Shown here one piece after another: positions 35,801-50,810 of a stretch of DNA of 61,828 bases. The translations under genes and the position numbers were made by a program. This DNA comes from Nemertoderma westbladi (taxonomy: Eukaryota > Animalia > Xenacoelomorpha), in the NCBI GenBank assembly GCA_032718475.1, contig JAUCBJ010006495.1, positions 1 to 61,828 on the forward strand, in the 5' to 3' direction. Each line of letters starts with the position of its first letter. The stretch's first letter is position 1. The notes below the pieces were generated by a model. The model had not been told where the DNA came from and did no database searches. It saw only the letters and a program-made list of their open reading frames with translations.

Positions 35801-38800
35801 AGGTAGGAACAAAAGAACACTCAGTAGCAGATAGGAACAAAAGAACATTAATTAGCAGATAAGGACACTCAGTAGCAGGTAGGAACAAAAGAACACTCAG
35901 TAGCAGATAGGAACAAAAGAACACTCAGTAGCAGATAGGAACAAAAGAACACTCAGTAGCAGATAGGAACAAAAGAACACTCAGTAGCAGATAGGAACAA
36001 AAGAACACTCAGTAGCAGATAGGAACAAAAGAACATTAATTAGCAGATAAGGACACTCAGTAGCAGGTAGGAACAAAAGAACACTCAGTAGCAGATAGGA
36101 ACAAAAGAACATTAATTAGCAGATAAGGACACTCAGTAGCAGGTAGGAACAAAAGAACACTCAGTAGCAGATAGGAACAAAAGAACATTAATTAGCAGAT
36201 AAGGACACTCAGTAGCAGGTAGGAACACTCATTAGCAGGTAGGAACACTCAGTAGCAGGTAGGAACAAAAGAACACTCAGTAGCAGATAGGAACAAAAGA
36301 ACATTAATTAGCAGATAAGGACACTCAGTAGCAGGTAAGAACACTCAGTAGCAGGTAAGAACACTCAGTAGCAGGTAGGAACAAAAGAACACTCAGTAGC
36401 AGATAGGAACAAAAGAACATTAATTAGCAGACAAGGACACTCAGTAGCAGGTAGGAACAAAAGAACACTCAGTAGCAGATAGGAACAAAAGAACATTAAT
36501 TAGCAGATAAGGACACTCAGTAGCAGGTAGGAACAAAAGAACACTCAGTAGCAGATAGGAACAAAAGAACATTAATTAGCAGATAAGGACACTCAGTAGC
36601 AGGTAGGAACAAAAGAACACTCAGTAGCAGATAGAAACAAAAGAACATTAATTAGCAGATAAGGACACTCAGTAGCAGGTAGGAACACTCAGTAGCAGGT
36701 AGGAACAAAAGAACACTCAGTAGCAGATAGGAACAAAAGAACATTAATTAGCAGATAAGGACACTCAGTAGCAGGTAGGAACAAAAGAACACTCAGTAGC
36801 AGAGGGACACTCAGTAGCAGGTAGGAACAAAAGAACACTCAGTAGCAGAGGGACACTCAGTAGCAGGTAGGAACAAAAGAACACTCAGTAGCAGAGGGAC
36901 ACTCAGTAGCAGGTAGGAACAAAAGAACACTCAGTAGCAGAGGGACACTCAGTAGCAGGTAGGAACAAAAGAACATTAATTAGCAGATAAGGACACTCAG
37001 TAGCAGGTAGGAACAAAAGAACACTCAGTAGCAGATAGGAACAAAAGAACATTAATTAGCAGATAAGGACACTCAGTAGCAGGTAGGAACACTCAGTAGC
37101 ATGTAGGAACAAAAGAACACTCAGTAGCAGATAGGAACAAAAGAACATTAATTAGCAGATAAGGACACTCAGTAGCAGGTAGGAACAAAAGAACACTCAG
37201 TAGCAGATAGGAACAAAAGAACATTAATTAGCAGATAAGGACACTCAGTAGCAGGTAGGAACAAAAGAACACTCAGTAGCAGATAGGAACAAAATAACAT
37301 TAATTAGCAGATAAGGACACTCAGTTGCAGGTAGGAACCAAAGAACACTCAGTAGCAGATAGGAACAAAAGAACATTAATTAGCAGATAAGGACACTCAG
37401 TAGCAGGTAGGAACAAAAGAACATTCAGTAGCAGATAGGAACAAAAGAACATTAATTAGCAGATAAGGACACTCAGTAGCAGGTAGGAACACTCAGTAGC
37501 ATGTAGGAACAAAATAACACTCAGTAGCAGATAGGAACAAAAGAACACTCAGTAGCAGATAGGGACATTCAGTAGCAGGTAGGAACACTCAGTAGCAGGT
37601 AGGAACACTCAGTAGCATGTAGGAACAAAAGAACACTCAGTAGCAGATAGGAACAAAAGAACATTCAGTAGCAGATAAGGACACTCAGTAGCAGGTAGTA
37701 ACAAAAGAACAATCAGTAGCAGGTAGGAACAAAAGAACACTCAGTAGCAGATAGGGACATTCAGTAGCAGGTAGGAACACTCAGTAGCAGGTAGGAACAA
37801 AAGAACACTCAGTAGCAGGTAGGAACAAAAGAACACTCAGTAGCAGATAGGGACATTCAGTAGCAGGTAGGAACACTCAGTAGCAGGTAGGAACAAAAGA
37901 ACACTCAGTAGCAGGTAGGAACAAAAGAACACTCAGTAGCAGATTGGGACATTCAGTAGCAGGTAGGAACAAAAGAACACTCAGTAGCAGATAGGAACAA
38001 AAGAACATTCAGTAGCAGATAAGGACACTCAGTAGCAGGTAGGAACACTCAGTAGCATGTAGGAACAAAAGAGCACTCAGTAGCAGATAGGAACAAAAGA
38101 ACATTAATTAGCAGATAAGGACACTCAGTAGCAGGTAAGAACAAAAGAACACTCAGTAGCAGAGGGACACTCAGTATCAGGTAGGAACAGTCTGTAGCAG
38201 GTCGGAACAGTCTGTAGTAGGTGGGAACACTCAGTAACAGGTAGGAACACTGAGTAGCGGGTGAGAACACTCAGTAGCAGGTAGGAACACTAAGTAGCAA
38301 GTAGGAACAGTCTGTAGCAGGTAGGGACAGTCTATAGCAGGTAGGAACACTCAGTAGCACAGAACTCTCAGTAGCGGGTAGGAACACTAAGTAGCAGGTA
38401 GGAACACTCAACAGGAGATAGGAACACATAGTAGCAGGAAGGGACATTCAGTAGCAGGTAGGAACACTCAGTAGCATGTAGGAACAAAAGAACACTCAGT
38501 AGCAGATAGGAACAAAATAACATTAATTAGCAGATAAGGACACTCAGTAGCAGGTAGGAACAAAAGAACACTCAGTAGCAGATAGGAACAAAAGAACATT
38601 AATTAGCAGATAAGGACACTCAGTAGCAGGTAGGAACAAAAGAACACTCAGTAGCAGATAGGAACAAAAGAACATTAATTAGCAGATAAGGACACTCAGT
38701 AGCAGGTATGAACACTCAGTAGCATGTAGGAACAAAAGAACACTCAGTAGCAGATAGGAACAAAAGAACATTAATTAGCAGATAAGGACACTCAGTAGCA

Positions 38801-41800
38801 GGTAGGAACAAAAGAACACTCAGTAGCAGATAGGAACAAAAGAACATTAATTAGCAGATAAGGACACTCAGTAGCAGGTAGGAACACTCATTAGCAGGTA
38901 GGAACACTCAGTAGCAGGTAGGAACAAAAGAACACTCAGTAGCAGATAGGAACAAAAGAACATTAATTAGCAGATAAGGACACTCAGTAGCAGGTAAGAA
39001 CACTCAGTAGCAGGTAGGAACACTCAGTAGCAGGTAGGAACAAAAGAACACTCAGTAGCAGATAGGAACAAAAGAACATTAATTAGCAGACAAGGACACT
39101 CAGTAGCAGGTAGGAACAAAAGAACACTCAGTAGCAGATAGGAACAAAAGAACATTAATTAGCAGATAAGGACACTCAGTAGCAGGTAGGAACAAAAGAA
39201 CACTCAGTAGCAGATAGGAACAAAAGAACATTAATTAGCAGATAAGGACACTCAGTAGCAGGTAGGAACAAAAGAACACTCAGTAGCAGATAGAAACAAA
39301 AGAACATTAATTAGCAGATAAGGACACTCAGTAGCAGGTAGGAACACTCAGTAGCAGGTAGGAACAAAAGAACACTCAGTAGCAGATAGGAACAAAAGAA
39401 CATTAATTAGCAGATAAGGACACTCAGTAGCAGGTAGGAACAAAAGAACACTCAGTAGCAGAGGGACACTCAGTAGCAGGTAGGAACAAAAGAACACTCA
39501 GTAGCAGAGGGACACTCAGTAGCAGGTAGGAACAAAAGAACACTCAGTAGCAGAGGGACACTCAGTAGCAGGTAGGAACAAAAGAACACTCAGTAGCAGG
39601 TAGGAACACTCAGTAGCAGGTAGGAACAAAAGAACACTCACTAGCAGGTAGGAACAAAAGAACACTCAGTAGCAGATTGGGACATTCAGTAGCAGGTAGG
39701 AACAAAAGAACACTCAGTAGCAGATAGGAACAAAAGAACATTCAGTAGCAGATAAGGACACTCAGTAGCAGGTAGGAACACTCAGTAGCATGTAGGAACA
39801 AAAGAGCACTCAGTAGCAGATAGGAACAAAAGAACATTAATTAGCAGATAAGGACACTCAGTAGCAGGTAAGAACAAAAGAACACTCAGTAGCAGAGGGA
39901 CACTCAGTATCAGGTAGGAACAGTCTGTAGCAGGTCGGAACAGTCTGTAGTAGGTGGGAACACTCAGTAACAGGTAGGAACACTGAGTAGCGGGTGAGAA
40001 CACTCAGTAGCAGGTAGGAACACTAAGTAGCAAGTAGGAACAGTCTGTAGCAGGTAGGGACAGTCTATAGCAGGTAGGAACACTCAGTAGCACAGAACTC
40101 TCAGTAGCGGGTAGGAACACTAAGTAGCAGGTAGGAACACTCAACAGGAGATAGGAACACATAGTAGCAGGAAGGGACATTCAGTAGCAGGTAGGAACAC
40201 TCAGTAGCATGTAGGAACAAAAGAACACTCAGTAGCAGATAGGAACAAAAGAACATTAATTAGCAGATAAGGACACTCAGTAGCAGGTAGGAACAAAAGA
40301 ACACTCAGTAGCAGATAGGAACAAAAGAACATTAATTAGCAGATAAGGACACTCAGTAGCAGGTAGGAACACTCAGTAGCATGTAGGAACAAAAGAACAC
40401 TCAGTAGCAGATAGGAACAAAAGAACATTAATTAGCAGATAAGGACACTCAGTAGCAGGTAGGAACAAAAGAACACTCAGTAGCAGAAAGGAACAAAAGA
40501 ACATTAATTAGCAGATAAGGACACTCAGTAGCAGGTAGGAACACTCATTAGCAGGTAGGAACACTCAGTAGCAGGTAGGAACAAAAGAACACTCAGTAGC
40601 AGATAGGAACAAAAGAACATTAATTAGCAGATAAGGACACTCAGTAGCAGGTAAGAACACTCAGTAGCAGGTAGGAACACTCAGTAGCAGGTAGGAACAA
40701 AAGAACACTCAGTAGCAGATAGGAACAAAAGAACATTAATTAGCAGACAAGGACACTCAGTAGCAGGTAGGAACAAAAGAACACTCAGTAGCAGATAGGA
40801 ACAAAAGAACATTAATTAGCAGATAAGGACACTCAGTAGCAGGTAGGAACAAAAGAACACTCAGTAGCAGATAGGAACAAAAGAACATTAATTAGCAGAT
40901 AAGGACACTCAGTAGCAGGTAGGAACAAAAGAACACTCAGTAGCAGATAGAAACAAAAGAACATTAATTAGCAGATAAGGACACTCAGTAGCAGGTAGGA
41001 ACACTCAGTAGCAGGTAGGAACAAAAGAACACTCAGTAGCAGATAGGAACAAAAGAACATTAATTAGCAGATAAGGACACTCAGTAGCAGGTAGGAACAA
41101 AAGAACACTCAGTAGCAGAGGGACACTCAGTAGCAGGTAGGAACAAAAGAACACTCAGTAGCAGAGGGACACCCAGTAGCAGGTAGGAACAAAAGAACAC
41201 TCAGTAGCAGAGGGACACTCAGTAGCAGGTAGGAACAAAAGAACACTCAGTAGCAGAGGGACACTCAGTAGCAGGTAGGAACAAAAGAACATTAATTAGC
41301 AGATAAGGACACTCAGTAGCAGGTAGGAACAAAAGAACACTCAGTAGCAGATAGGAACAAAAGAACATTAATTAGCAGATAAGGACACTCAGTAGCAGGT
41401 AGGAACACTCAGTAGCATGTAGGAACAAAAGAACACTCAGTAGCAGATAGGAACAAAAGAACATTAATTAGCAGATAAGGACACTCAGTAGCAGGTAGGA
41501 ACAAAAGAACACTCAGTAGCAGATAGGAACAAAAGAACATTAATTAGCAGATAAGGACACTCAGTAGCAGGTAGGAACACTCAGTAGCATGTAGGAACAA
41601 AAGAACACTCAGTAGCAGATAGGAACAAAAGAACATTAATTAGCAGATAAGGACACTCAGTGGCAGGTAGGAACAAAAGAACACTCAGTAGCAGATAGGA
41701 ACAAAATAACATTAATTAGCAGATAAGGACACTCAGTTGCAGGTAGGAACCAAAGAACACTCAGTAGCAGATAGGAACAAAAGAACATTAATTAGCAGAT

Positions 41801-44800
41801 AAGGACACTCAGTAGCAGGTAGGAACAAAAGAACATTCAGTAGCAGATAGGAACAAAAGAACATTAATTAGCAGATAAGGACACTCAGTAGCAGGTAGGA
41901 ACACTCAGTAGCATGTAGGAACAAAAACACTCAGTAGCAGATAGGAACAAAAGAACACTCAGTAGCAGATAGGGACATTCAGTAGCAGGTAGGAACACTC
42001 AGTAGCCGGTAGGAACACTCAGTAGCATGTAGGAACAAAAGAACACTCAGTAGCAGATAGGAACAAAAGAACATTCAGTAGCAGATAAGGACACTCAGTA
42101 GCAGGTAGTAACAAAAGAACAATCAGTAGCAGGTAGGAACAAAAGAACACTCAGTAGCAGATAGGGACATTCAGTAGCAGGTAGGAACACTCAGTAGCAG
42201 GTAGGAACAAAAGAACACTCAGTAGCAGGTAGGAACAAAAGAACACTCAGTAGCAGATAGGGACATTCAGTAGCAGGTAGGAACACTCAGTAGCAGGTAG
42301 GAACAAAAGAACACTCAGTAGCAGGTAGGAACAAAAGAACACTCAGTAGCAGATTGGGACATTCAGTAGCAGGTAGGAACAAAAGAACACTCAGTAGCAG
42401 ATAGGAACAAAAGAACATTCAGTAGCAGATAAGGACACTCAGTAGCAGGTAGGAACACTCAGTAGCATGTAGGAACAAAAGAGCACTCAGTAGCAGATAG
42501 GAACAAAAGAACATTAATTAGCAGATAAGGACACTCAGTAGCAGGTAAGAACAAAAGAACACTCAGTAGCAGAGGGACACTCAGTATCAGGTAGGAACAG
42601 TCTGTAGCAGGTCGGAACAGTCTGTAGTAGGTGGGAACACTCAGTAACAGGTAGGAACACTGAGTAGCGGGTGAGAACACTCAGTAGCAGGTAGGAACAC
42701 TAAGTAGCAAGTAGGAACAGTCTGTAGCAGGTAGGGACAGTCTATAGCAGGTAGGAACACTCAGTAGCACAGAACTCTCAGTAGCGGGTAGGAACACTAA
42801 GTAGCAGGTAGGAACACTCAACAGGAGATAGGAACACATAGTAGCAGGAAGGGACATTCAGTAGCAGGTAGGAACACTCAGTAGCATGTAGGAACAAAAG
42901 AACACTCAGTAGCAGATAGGAACAAAAGAACATTAATTAGCAGATAAGGACACTCAGTAGCAGGTAGGAACAAAAGAACACTCAGTAGCAGATAGGAACA
43001 AAAGAACATTAATTAGCAGATAAGGACACTCAGTAGCAGGTAGGAACACTCAGTAGCATGTAGGAACAAAAGAACACTCAGTAGCAGATAGGAACAAAAG
43101 AACATTAATTAGCAGATAAGGACACTCAGTAGCAGGTAGGAACAAAAGAACACTCAGTAGCAGATAGGAACAAAATAACATTAATTAGCAGATAAGGACA
43201 CTCAGTTGCAGGTAGGAACAAAAGAACACTCAGTAGCAGATAGGAACAAAAGAACATTAATTAGCAGATAAGGACACTCAGTAGCAGGTAGGAACAAAAG
43301 AACATTCAGTAGCAGATAGGAACAAAAGAACATTAATTAGCAGATAAGGACACTCAGTAGCAGGTAGGAACACTCAGTAGCATGTAGGAACAAAAGAACA
43401 CTCAGTAGCAGATAGGAACAAAAGAACATTAATTAGCAGATAAGGACACTCAGTAGCAGGTAGGAACAAAAGAACACTCAGTAGCAGATAGGAACAAAAG
43501 AACATTAATTAGCAGATAAGGACACTCAGTAGCAGGTAGGGACACTCAGTAGCATGTAGGAACAAAAGAGCACTCAGTAGCAGATAGGAACAAAAGAACA
43601 TTAATTAGCAGATAAGGACACTCAGTAGCAGGTAGGAACAAAAGAACATTCAGTAGCAGATAGGAACAAAAGAACATTAATTAGCAGATAAGGACACTCA
43701 GTAGCAGGTAGGAACACTCAGTAGCATGTAGGAACAAAATAACACTCAGTAGCAGATAGGAACAAAAGAACACTCAGTAGCAGATAGGGACATTCAGTAG
43801 CAGGTAGGAACACTCAGTAGCAGGTAGGAACACTCAGTAGCATGTAGGAACAAAAGAACACTCAGTAGCAGATAGGAACAAAAGAACATTCAGTAGCAGA
43901 TAAGGACACTCAGTAGCAGGTAGTAACAAAAGAACAATCAGTAGCAGTTAGGAACAAAAGAACACTCAGTAGCAGATAGGGACATTCAGTAGCAGGTAGG
44001 AACACTCAGTAGCAGGTAGGAACAAAAGAACACTCAGTAGCAGGTAGGAACAAAAGAACACTCAGTAGCAGATAGGGACATTCAGTAGCAGGTAGGAACA
44101 CTCAGTAGCAGGTAGGAACAAAAGAACACTCAGTAGCAGGTAGGAACAAAAGAACACTCTGTAGCAGATTGGGACATTCAGTAGCAGGTAGGAACAAAAG
44201 AACACTCAGTAGCAGATAGGAACAAAAGAACATTCAGTAGCAGATAAGGACACTCAGTAGCAGGTAGGAACACTCAGTAGCATGTAGGAACAAAAGAGCA
44301 CTCAGTAGCAGATAGGAACAAAAAAACATTAATTAGCAGATAAGGACACTCAGTAGCAGGTAAGAACAAAACAAAAGAACACTCAGTAGCAGAGGGACAC
44401 TCAGTATCAGGTAGGAACAGTCTGTAGCAGGTCGGAACAGTCTGTAGTAGGTGGGAACACTCAGTAACAGGTAGGAACACTGAGTAGCGGGTGAGAACAC
44501 TCAGTAGCAGGTAGGAACACTAAGTAGCAAGTAGGAACAGTCTGTAGCAGGTAGGGACAGTCTATAGCAGGTAGGAACACTAAGTAGCACATAACTCTCA
44601 GTAGCAGGTAGGAACAAAAGAACACTAAGTAGCAAGTAGGAACAGTCTGTAGCAGGTAGGGACAGTCTATAGCAGGTAGGAACACTCAGTAGCACAGAAC
44701 TCTCAGTAGCGGGTAGGAACACTAAGTAGCAGGTAGGAACACTCAACAGGAGATAGGAACACATAGTAGCAGGAAGGGACATTCAGTAGCAGGTAGGAAC

Positions 44801-47800
44801 ACTCAGTAGCATGTAGGAACAAAAGAACACTCAGTAGCAGATAGGAACAAAAGAACATTAATTAGCAGATAAGGACACTCAGTAGCAGGTAGGAACAAAA
44901 CACTCAGTAGCAGATAGGAACAAAAGAACATTAATTAGCAGATAAGGACACTCAGTAGCAGGTAGGAACACTCAGTAGCATGTAGGAACAAAAGAACACT
45001 CAGTAGCAGATAGGAACAAAAGAACATTAATTAGCAGATAAGGACACTCAGTAGCAGGTAGGAACAAAAGAACACTCAGTAGCAGATAGGAACAAAATAA
45101 CATTAATTAGCAGATAAGGACACTCAGTTGCAGGTAGGAACAAAAGAACACTCAGTAGCAGATAGGAACAAAAGAACATTAATTAGCAGATAAGGACACT
45201 CAGTAGCAGGTAGGAACAAAAGAACATTCAGTAGCAGATAGGAACAAAAGAACATTAATTAGCAGATAAGGACACTCAGTAGCAGGTAGGAACACTCAGT
45301 AGCATGTAGGAACAAAATAACACTCAGTAGCAGATAGGAACAAAAGAACACTCAGTAGCAGATAGGGACATTCAGTAGCAGGTAGGAACACTCAGTAGCA
45401 GGTAGGAACACTCAGTAGCATGTAGGAACAAAAGAACACTCAGTAGCAGATAGGAACAAAAGAACATTCAGTAGCAGATAAGGACACTCAGTAGCAGGTA
45501 GTAACAAAAGAACAATCAGTAGCAGGTAGGAACAAAAGAACACTCAGTAGCAGATAGGGACATTCAGTAGCAGGTAGGAACACTCAGTAGCAGGTAGGAA
45601 CAAAAGAACACTCAGTAGCAGGTAGGAACAAAAGAACACTCAGTAGCAGATAGGGACATTCAGTAGCAGGTAGGAACACTCAGTAGCAGGTAGGAACAAA
45701 AGAACACTCAGTAGCAGGTAGGAACAAAAGAACACTCAGTAGCAGATTGGGACATTCAGTAGCAGGTAGGAACAAAAGAACACTCAGTAGCAGATAGGAA
45801 CAAAAGAACATTCAGTAGCAGATAAGGACACTCAGTAGCAGGTAGGAACACTCAGTAGCATGTAGGAACAAAAGAGCATTCAGTAGCAGATAGGAACAAA
45901 AAAACATTAATTAGCAGATAAGGACACTCAGTAGCAGGTAAGAACAAAACAAAAGAACACTCAGTAGCAGAGGGACACTCAGTATCAGGTAGGAACAGTC
46001 TGTAGCAGGTCGGAACAGTCTGTAGTAGGTGGGAACACTCAGTAACAGGTAGGAACACTGAGTAGCGGGTGAGAACACTCAGTAGCAGGTAGGAACACTA
46101 AGTAGCAAGTAGGAACAGTCTGTAGCAGGTAGGGACAGTCTATAGCAGGTAGGAACACTAAGTAGCACATAACTCTCAGTAGCAGGTAGGAACACTCAGT
46201 AGCAGGTAGGAACAAAAGAACACTAAGTAGCAAGTAGGAACAGTCTGTAGCAGGTAGGGACAGTCTATAGCAGGTAGGAACACTCAGTAGCACAGAACTC
46301 TCAGTAGCGGGTAGGAACACTAAGTAGCAGGTAGGAACACTCAACAGGAGATAGGAACACATAGTAGCAGGAAGGGACATTCAGTAGCAGGTAGGAACAT
46401 TCAGTAGAGGTAGGGACACTCAGTAGCAAGAAGGAACACTCAGTAGCAGGTAGGAACACCCAGTAGCAGGTAGGGATCCCACTCTGTAGCAGGTAAGAAC
46501 ACTCAATAGCAGGTAGGAACACTCAGTATCAGGTAGGAACACTCAGTATCAGGTAGGAACACGCAGTAGCAGGTATAGGAACACTCAGTAGGGGTAGGAA
46601 CACACAGTAACAGGTGGGAACACTCAGTAGCAGATAGGAATACTCAGTAGCGCGTAGGAACATTCAGTAACAGGTAGGGACACTCAGTCGCAGATAGGAA
46701 CACTCAGTAGCAGATAGGAACACTCAGTAGCGCGTAGGAACATTCAGTAACAGGTAGGGACACTCAGTCGCAGGTAGGAACACTCAGTGGCAGATAGGAA
46801 CACTCAGTAGCAGGTATAGGAACACTCAGTAGGGGTAGGAACACTCAGTAACGGGTGTGGACACTCAGGAGCAGATAGGAACACTCCGTAGCGCGTAGGA
46901 AAACTCAGTAACAGATAGGAACACTCAGTAACAGGTAGGAACACTCAGTGACAGTTTTGAACACTTAGTTGCAGGTAGGAACACTCATTAGCAGGTAGGA
47001 ACACTCAGTAGCAGGTATGAACACTCACTAGAGGTAGGAACACTCAGTAGAGGTAGGGACACTCAGTCGCAGGTAGGAACATTCAGTAGCAGGTAGGAAC
47101 AAAAGAACACTCAGTAGCAGGTAGGAACAAAAGAACACTCAGTAGCAGATAGGGACATTCAGTAGCAGGTAGGAACACTCAGTAGCAGGTAGGAACACTC
47201 AGTAGCATGTAGGAACAAAAGAACACTCAGTAGCAGATAGGAACAAAAGAACATTAATTAGCAGATAAGGACACTCAGTAGCAGGTAAGGACAAAAGAAC
47301 ACTCAGTAGCAGAGGGACACTCAGTCTCAGGTAGGAACAGTCTGTAGCAGGTCGGAACAGTCTGTAGTAGGTGGGAACACTCAGTAACAGGTAGGAACAC
47401 TGAGTAGCGGGTGAGAACACTCAGTAGCAGGTAGGAACACTAAGTAGCAAGTAGGAACAGTCTGTAGCAGGTAGGGACAGTCTATAGCAGGTAGGAACAC
47501 TAAGTAGCACATAACTCTCAGTAGCAGGTAGGAACACTCATTAGCAGGTAGGAACACTCAGTAGCAGGTAGGAACAAAAGAACAGTCAGTAGCAGATAGG
47601 GACATTCAGTAGCAGGTAGGAACACTCAGTAGCAGGTAGGAACACTCAGTAGCATGTAGGAACAAAAGAACACTCAGTAGCAGATAGGAACAAAAGAACA
47701 TTAATTAGCAGATAAGGACACTCAGTAGCAGGTAAGAACAAAAGAACACTCAGTAGCAGAGGGACACTCAGTATCAGGTAGGAACAGTCTGTAGCAGGTC

Positions 47801-50800
47801 GGAACAGTCTGTAGTAGGTGGGAACACTCAGTAACAGGTAGGAACACTGAGTAGCGGGTGAGAACACTCAGTAGCAGGCAGGAACACTAAGTAGCAAGTA
47901 GGAACAGTCTGTAGCAGGTAGGGACAGTCTATAGCAGGTAGGAACACTAAGTAGCACATAACTCTCAGTAGCAGGTAGGAACACTCAGTAGCAGGTAGGA
48001 ACAAAAGAACACTAAGTAGCAAGTAGGAACAGTCTGTAGCAGGTAGGGACAGTCTATAGCAGGTAGGAACACTCAGTAGCGGGTAGGAACACTAAGTAGC
48101 AGGTAGGAACACTCAACAGGAGATAGGAACACATAGTAGCAGAAAGAGAAATTCAGTAGCAGGTAGGAACATTCAGTAGAGGTAGGGACACTCAGTAGCA
48201 AGAAGGAACACTCAGTAGCAGGTATGAACACCCAGTAGCAGGTAGGGATCCCACTCTGTAGCAGGTAAGAACACTCAATAGCAGGTAGGAACACTCAGTA
48301 TCAGGTAGGAACACTCAGTATCAGGTAGGAACACGCAGTAGCAGGTATAGGAACACTCAGTAGGGGTAGGAACACACAGTAACAGGTGGGAACACTCAGT
48401 AGCAGATAGGAATACTCAGTAGCGCGTAGGAACATTCAGTAACAGGTAGGGACACTCAGTCGCAGATAGGAACATTCAGTAACAGGTAAGGACACTCAGT
48501 TGCAGGTAGGAACACTCAGTGGCAGATAGGAACACTCAGTAGCAGGTATAGGAACACTCAGTAGGGGTAGGAACACTCAGTAACAGGTGTGGACACTCAG
48601 GAGCAGATAGGAACACTCCGTAGCGCGTAGGAAAACAGATAGGAACACTCAGTAACAGGTAGGAACACTCAGTGGCAGTTTTGAACACTTAGTTGCAGGT
48701 AGGAACACTCAGTAGCAGGTAGGAACACTCAGTAGCAGGTAGGAACACTCAGTAGAGGTAGGAACACTCAGTAGAGGTAGGGACACTCAGTCGCAGGTAG
48801 GAACATTCAGTAGCAGGTATAGGAACACTCAGTAAAAGGTAGGAACACTCAGTAACAGGTAGGAACACTCAATAGCATGTGAGTGCACTCAGTAGCAGGT
48901 AGGAACACTAAGTAGCAAGTAGGAACAGTCTGTAGCAGGTAGGAACACTAAGTAGCAAAGAACACTCAGTAGCAGGTAGGAACACTCAGTAGCAGGTAGG
49001 AACAAAAGAACATTAAGTAGCAAGTAGGAACAGTCTATAGCAGGTAGGGACAGTCTATAGCAGGTTGGAACACTAAGTAGCAAGTAGGAACAGTCTGTAG
49101 CAGGTAGGGACACTCAGTAGCACAGAACACTCAGTAGCGGGTAGGAACACTAAGTAGCAGATAGGAACACTCAACAGCAGATAGGAACACTTAGTAGCAG
49201 GTAGGGTCATTCAGTAGCAGGTAGGAACATTCAGTAGAGGTAGGGACACTCAGTAGCAAGAAGGAACACTCAGTAGCAGGTAGGAACACCCAGTAGCAGG
49301 TAGGGATCCTACTCTGTAGCAGGTAAGAACACTCAGTGGCAGGTAGGAACACTCAGTATCAGGTAGGAACACTCAGTAGCAGGTTTAGGAACACTCAGTA
49401 GGGGGTAGGAAGAGAAACATAGTACAGTAACAGGTGGGAACACTCAGTAGCAGATAGGAACACTCAGTAGCGCGTAGGGTACTCAGTAATAGGTAGGAAC
49501 ACTCAGTAGGGGTAGGAACACTCAATAAAGGTGGGAACACTCAGTAGCAGATAGGAACACTCAGTAGCGCGTAGGAAAACTCAGTAACAGGTAGAAACAC
49601 TCAGTAACAGGTAGGAACACCCAGTGGCAGTTATGAACACTCAGTTGCAGGTAGGATCACTCAGTAGAGGTACGAACACTCATAGAGATAGGGTCACTCA
49701 GTCGCAGGTTGGAACACTCAGTGGCAGATAGGTACACTCAGTAAAAGGTAGGAACACTCAGTAACAGGTAGGAACACTCAGTGGCAGTTATGAACACTCA
49801 GTTGCAGGTAGGAACACACAGTAGAGGTAGTAACATTCAGTAGAGGTAGGGACACTCAGTCGTAGGGAGGAACACTCAGTGGCAGATAGGGACACTCAGT
49901 AGCAGGTAGGAACACTCAGTATCAGGTAGGAATACTCAGTAGCAGGTATAGGAACACTCAGTAGGGGTAGGAAACACAGTAACAGGTGGGAACACTCAGT
50001 AGCAAATAGGAACACTCAGTAGCGCATATGAAAACTCAATAGAGGTAGGAACACTCAGTAGAGATAGGGACACACAGTCGCAGGTAGGAACACTCAGTGG
50101 CAGATAGGAACACTCAGTAGCGTATAGTAACACTCAGTAACATGTAGGAACACTCAGTAACAGGTAGGGACACTCAGTGGCAGTTATGAACACTCAGTTG
50201 CAGGTAGGGACACTCAGTAGCATATGTAGGAACACTCAGTAGAGGTAGGAACACTCAGTAGAAGTAGGGACCCTCAGTGGCAAATAGGAACAATTAGTGA
50301 CAGATAAGGACACTCAGTAGCAGGTATAGGAACACTCAGTATGGGTAGGAACACTCAGTAACAGATGGGAACACTCAGTAGCGGGTAGGAACACTCAGTA
50401 ACTGGTAGGAACACTCAATAGCAGGTAGGAACACTCAGTAGAGATAGGAACACTCAATAGCAGGTAGGAAAACTGAGTAGAGGTAGGAACACTCAGTAGC
50501 AGGTAGGAGCACTCAGTAACATGTAGTAACACTCAGTAGAGGTAGGAACACTCAGTAGCGGGTAGGAACACTCATTAGAGGTAGGAACACTCAGTAGAGG
50601 TAGGGACCCTCAGTAGAGGTAGGAACACTCAGTAACAGGTAGGAACACTCAGTAGCGCGTAGGAACACTCAATAACAGGTAGGAATACTCAGTGGCAGTT
50701 ATGAACACTCAGTATAGGTAGGAACACTCAGTAGCAGGTAGGAGCACTCAGTAGCGGGTAGGAACACTCAGTAACAGGTAGGAACAGTTCAAGGAACATT

Positions 50801-50810
50801 CAGTAGCAGG
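32844..50810 (+). repeat. ~18-kb splice-donor-containing satellite B (20/28-bp monomers, higher-order blocks)
   Basis: Base unit GTAGGAACACTCAGTAGCAG. Variants GTAGGAACAAAAGAACACTCAGTAGCAG, ATAGGAACAAAAGAACATTAATTAGCAG and ATAAGGACACTCAGTAGCAG form a 76-bp trimer. Fills about 97% of intron 5 (32849-51373). Confidence 0.97.

Noticed and set aside
32976-49113. Many 60-113 aa minus-strand ORFs (PATECSYLLLSV...)
   Set aside because: Translations of satellite B; no independent coding evidence.
32849-50810. Recursive (ratchet) splicing at the repeated CAG|GT motifs
   Set aside because: The motif is present, but the sense strand is purine-rich with no polypyrimidine tract before these AGs. Not supportable without lariat or saw-tooth read data.
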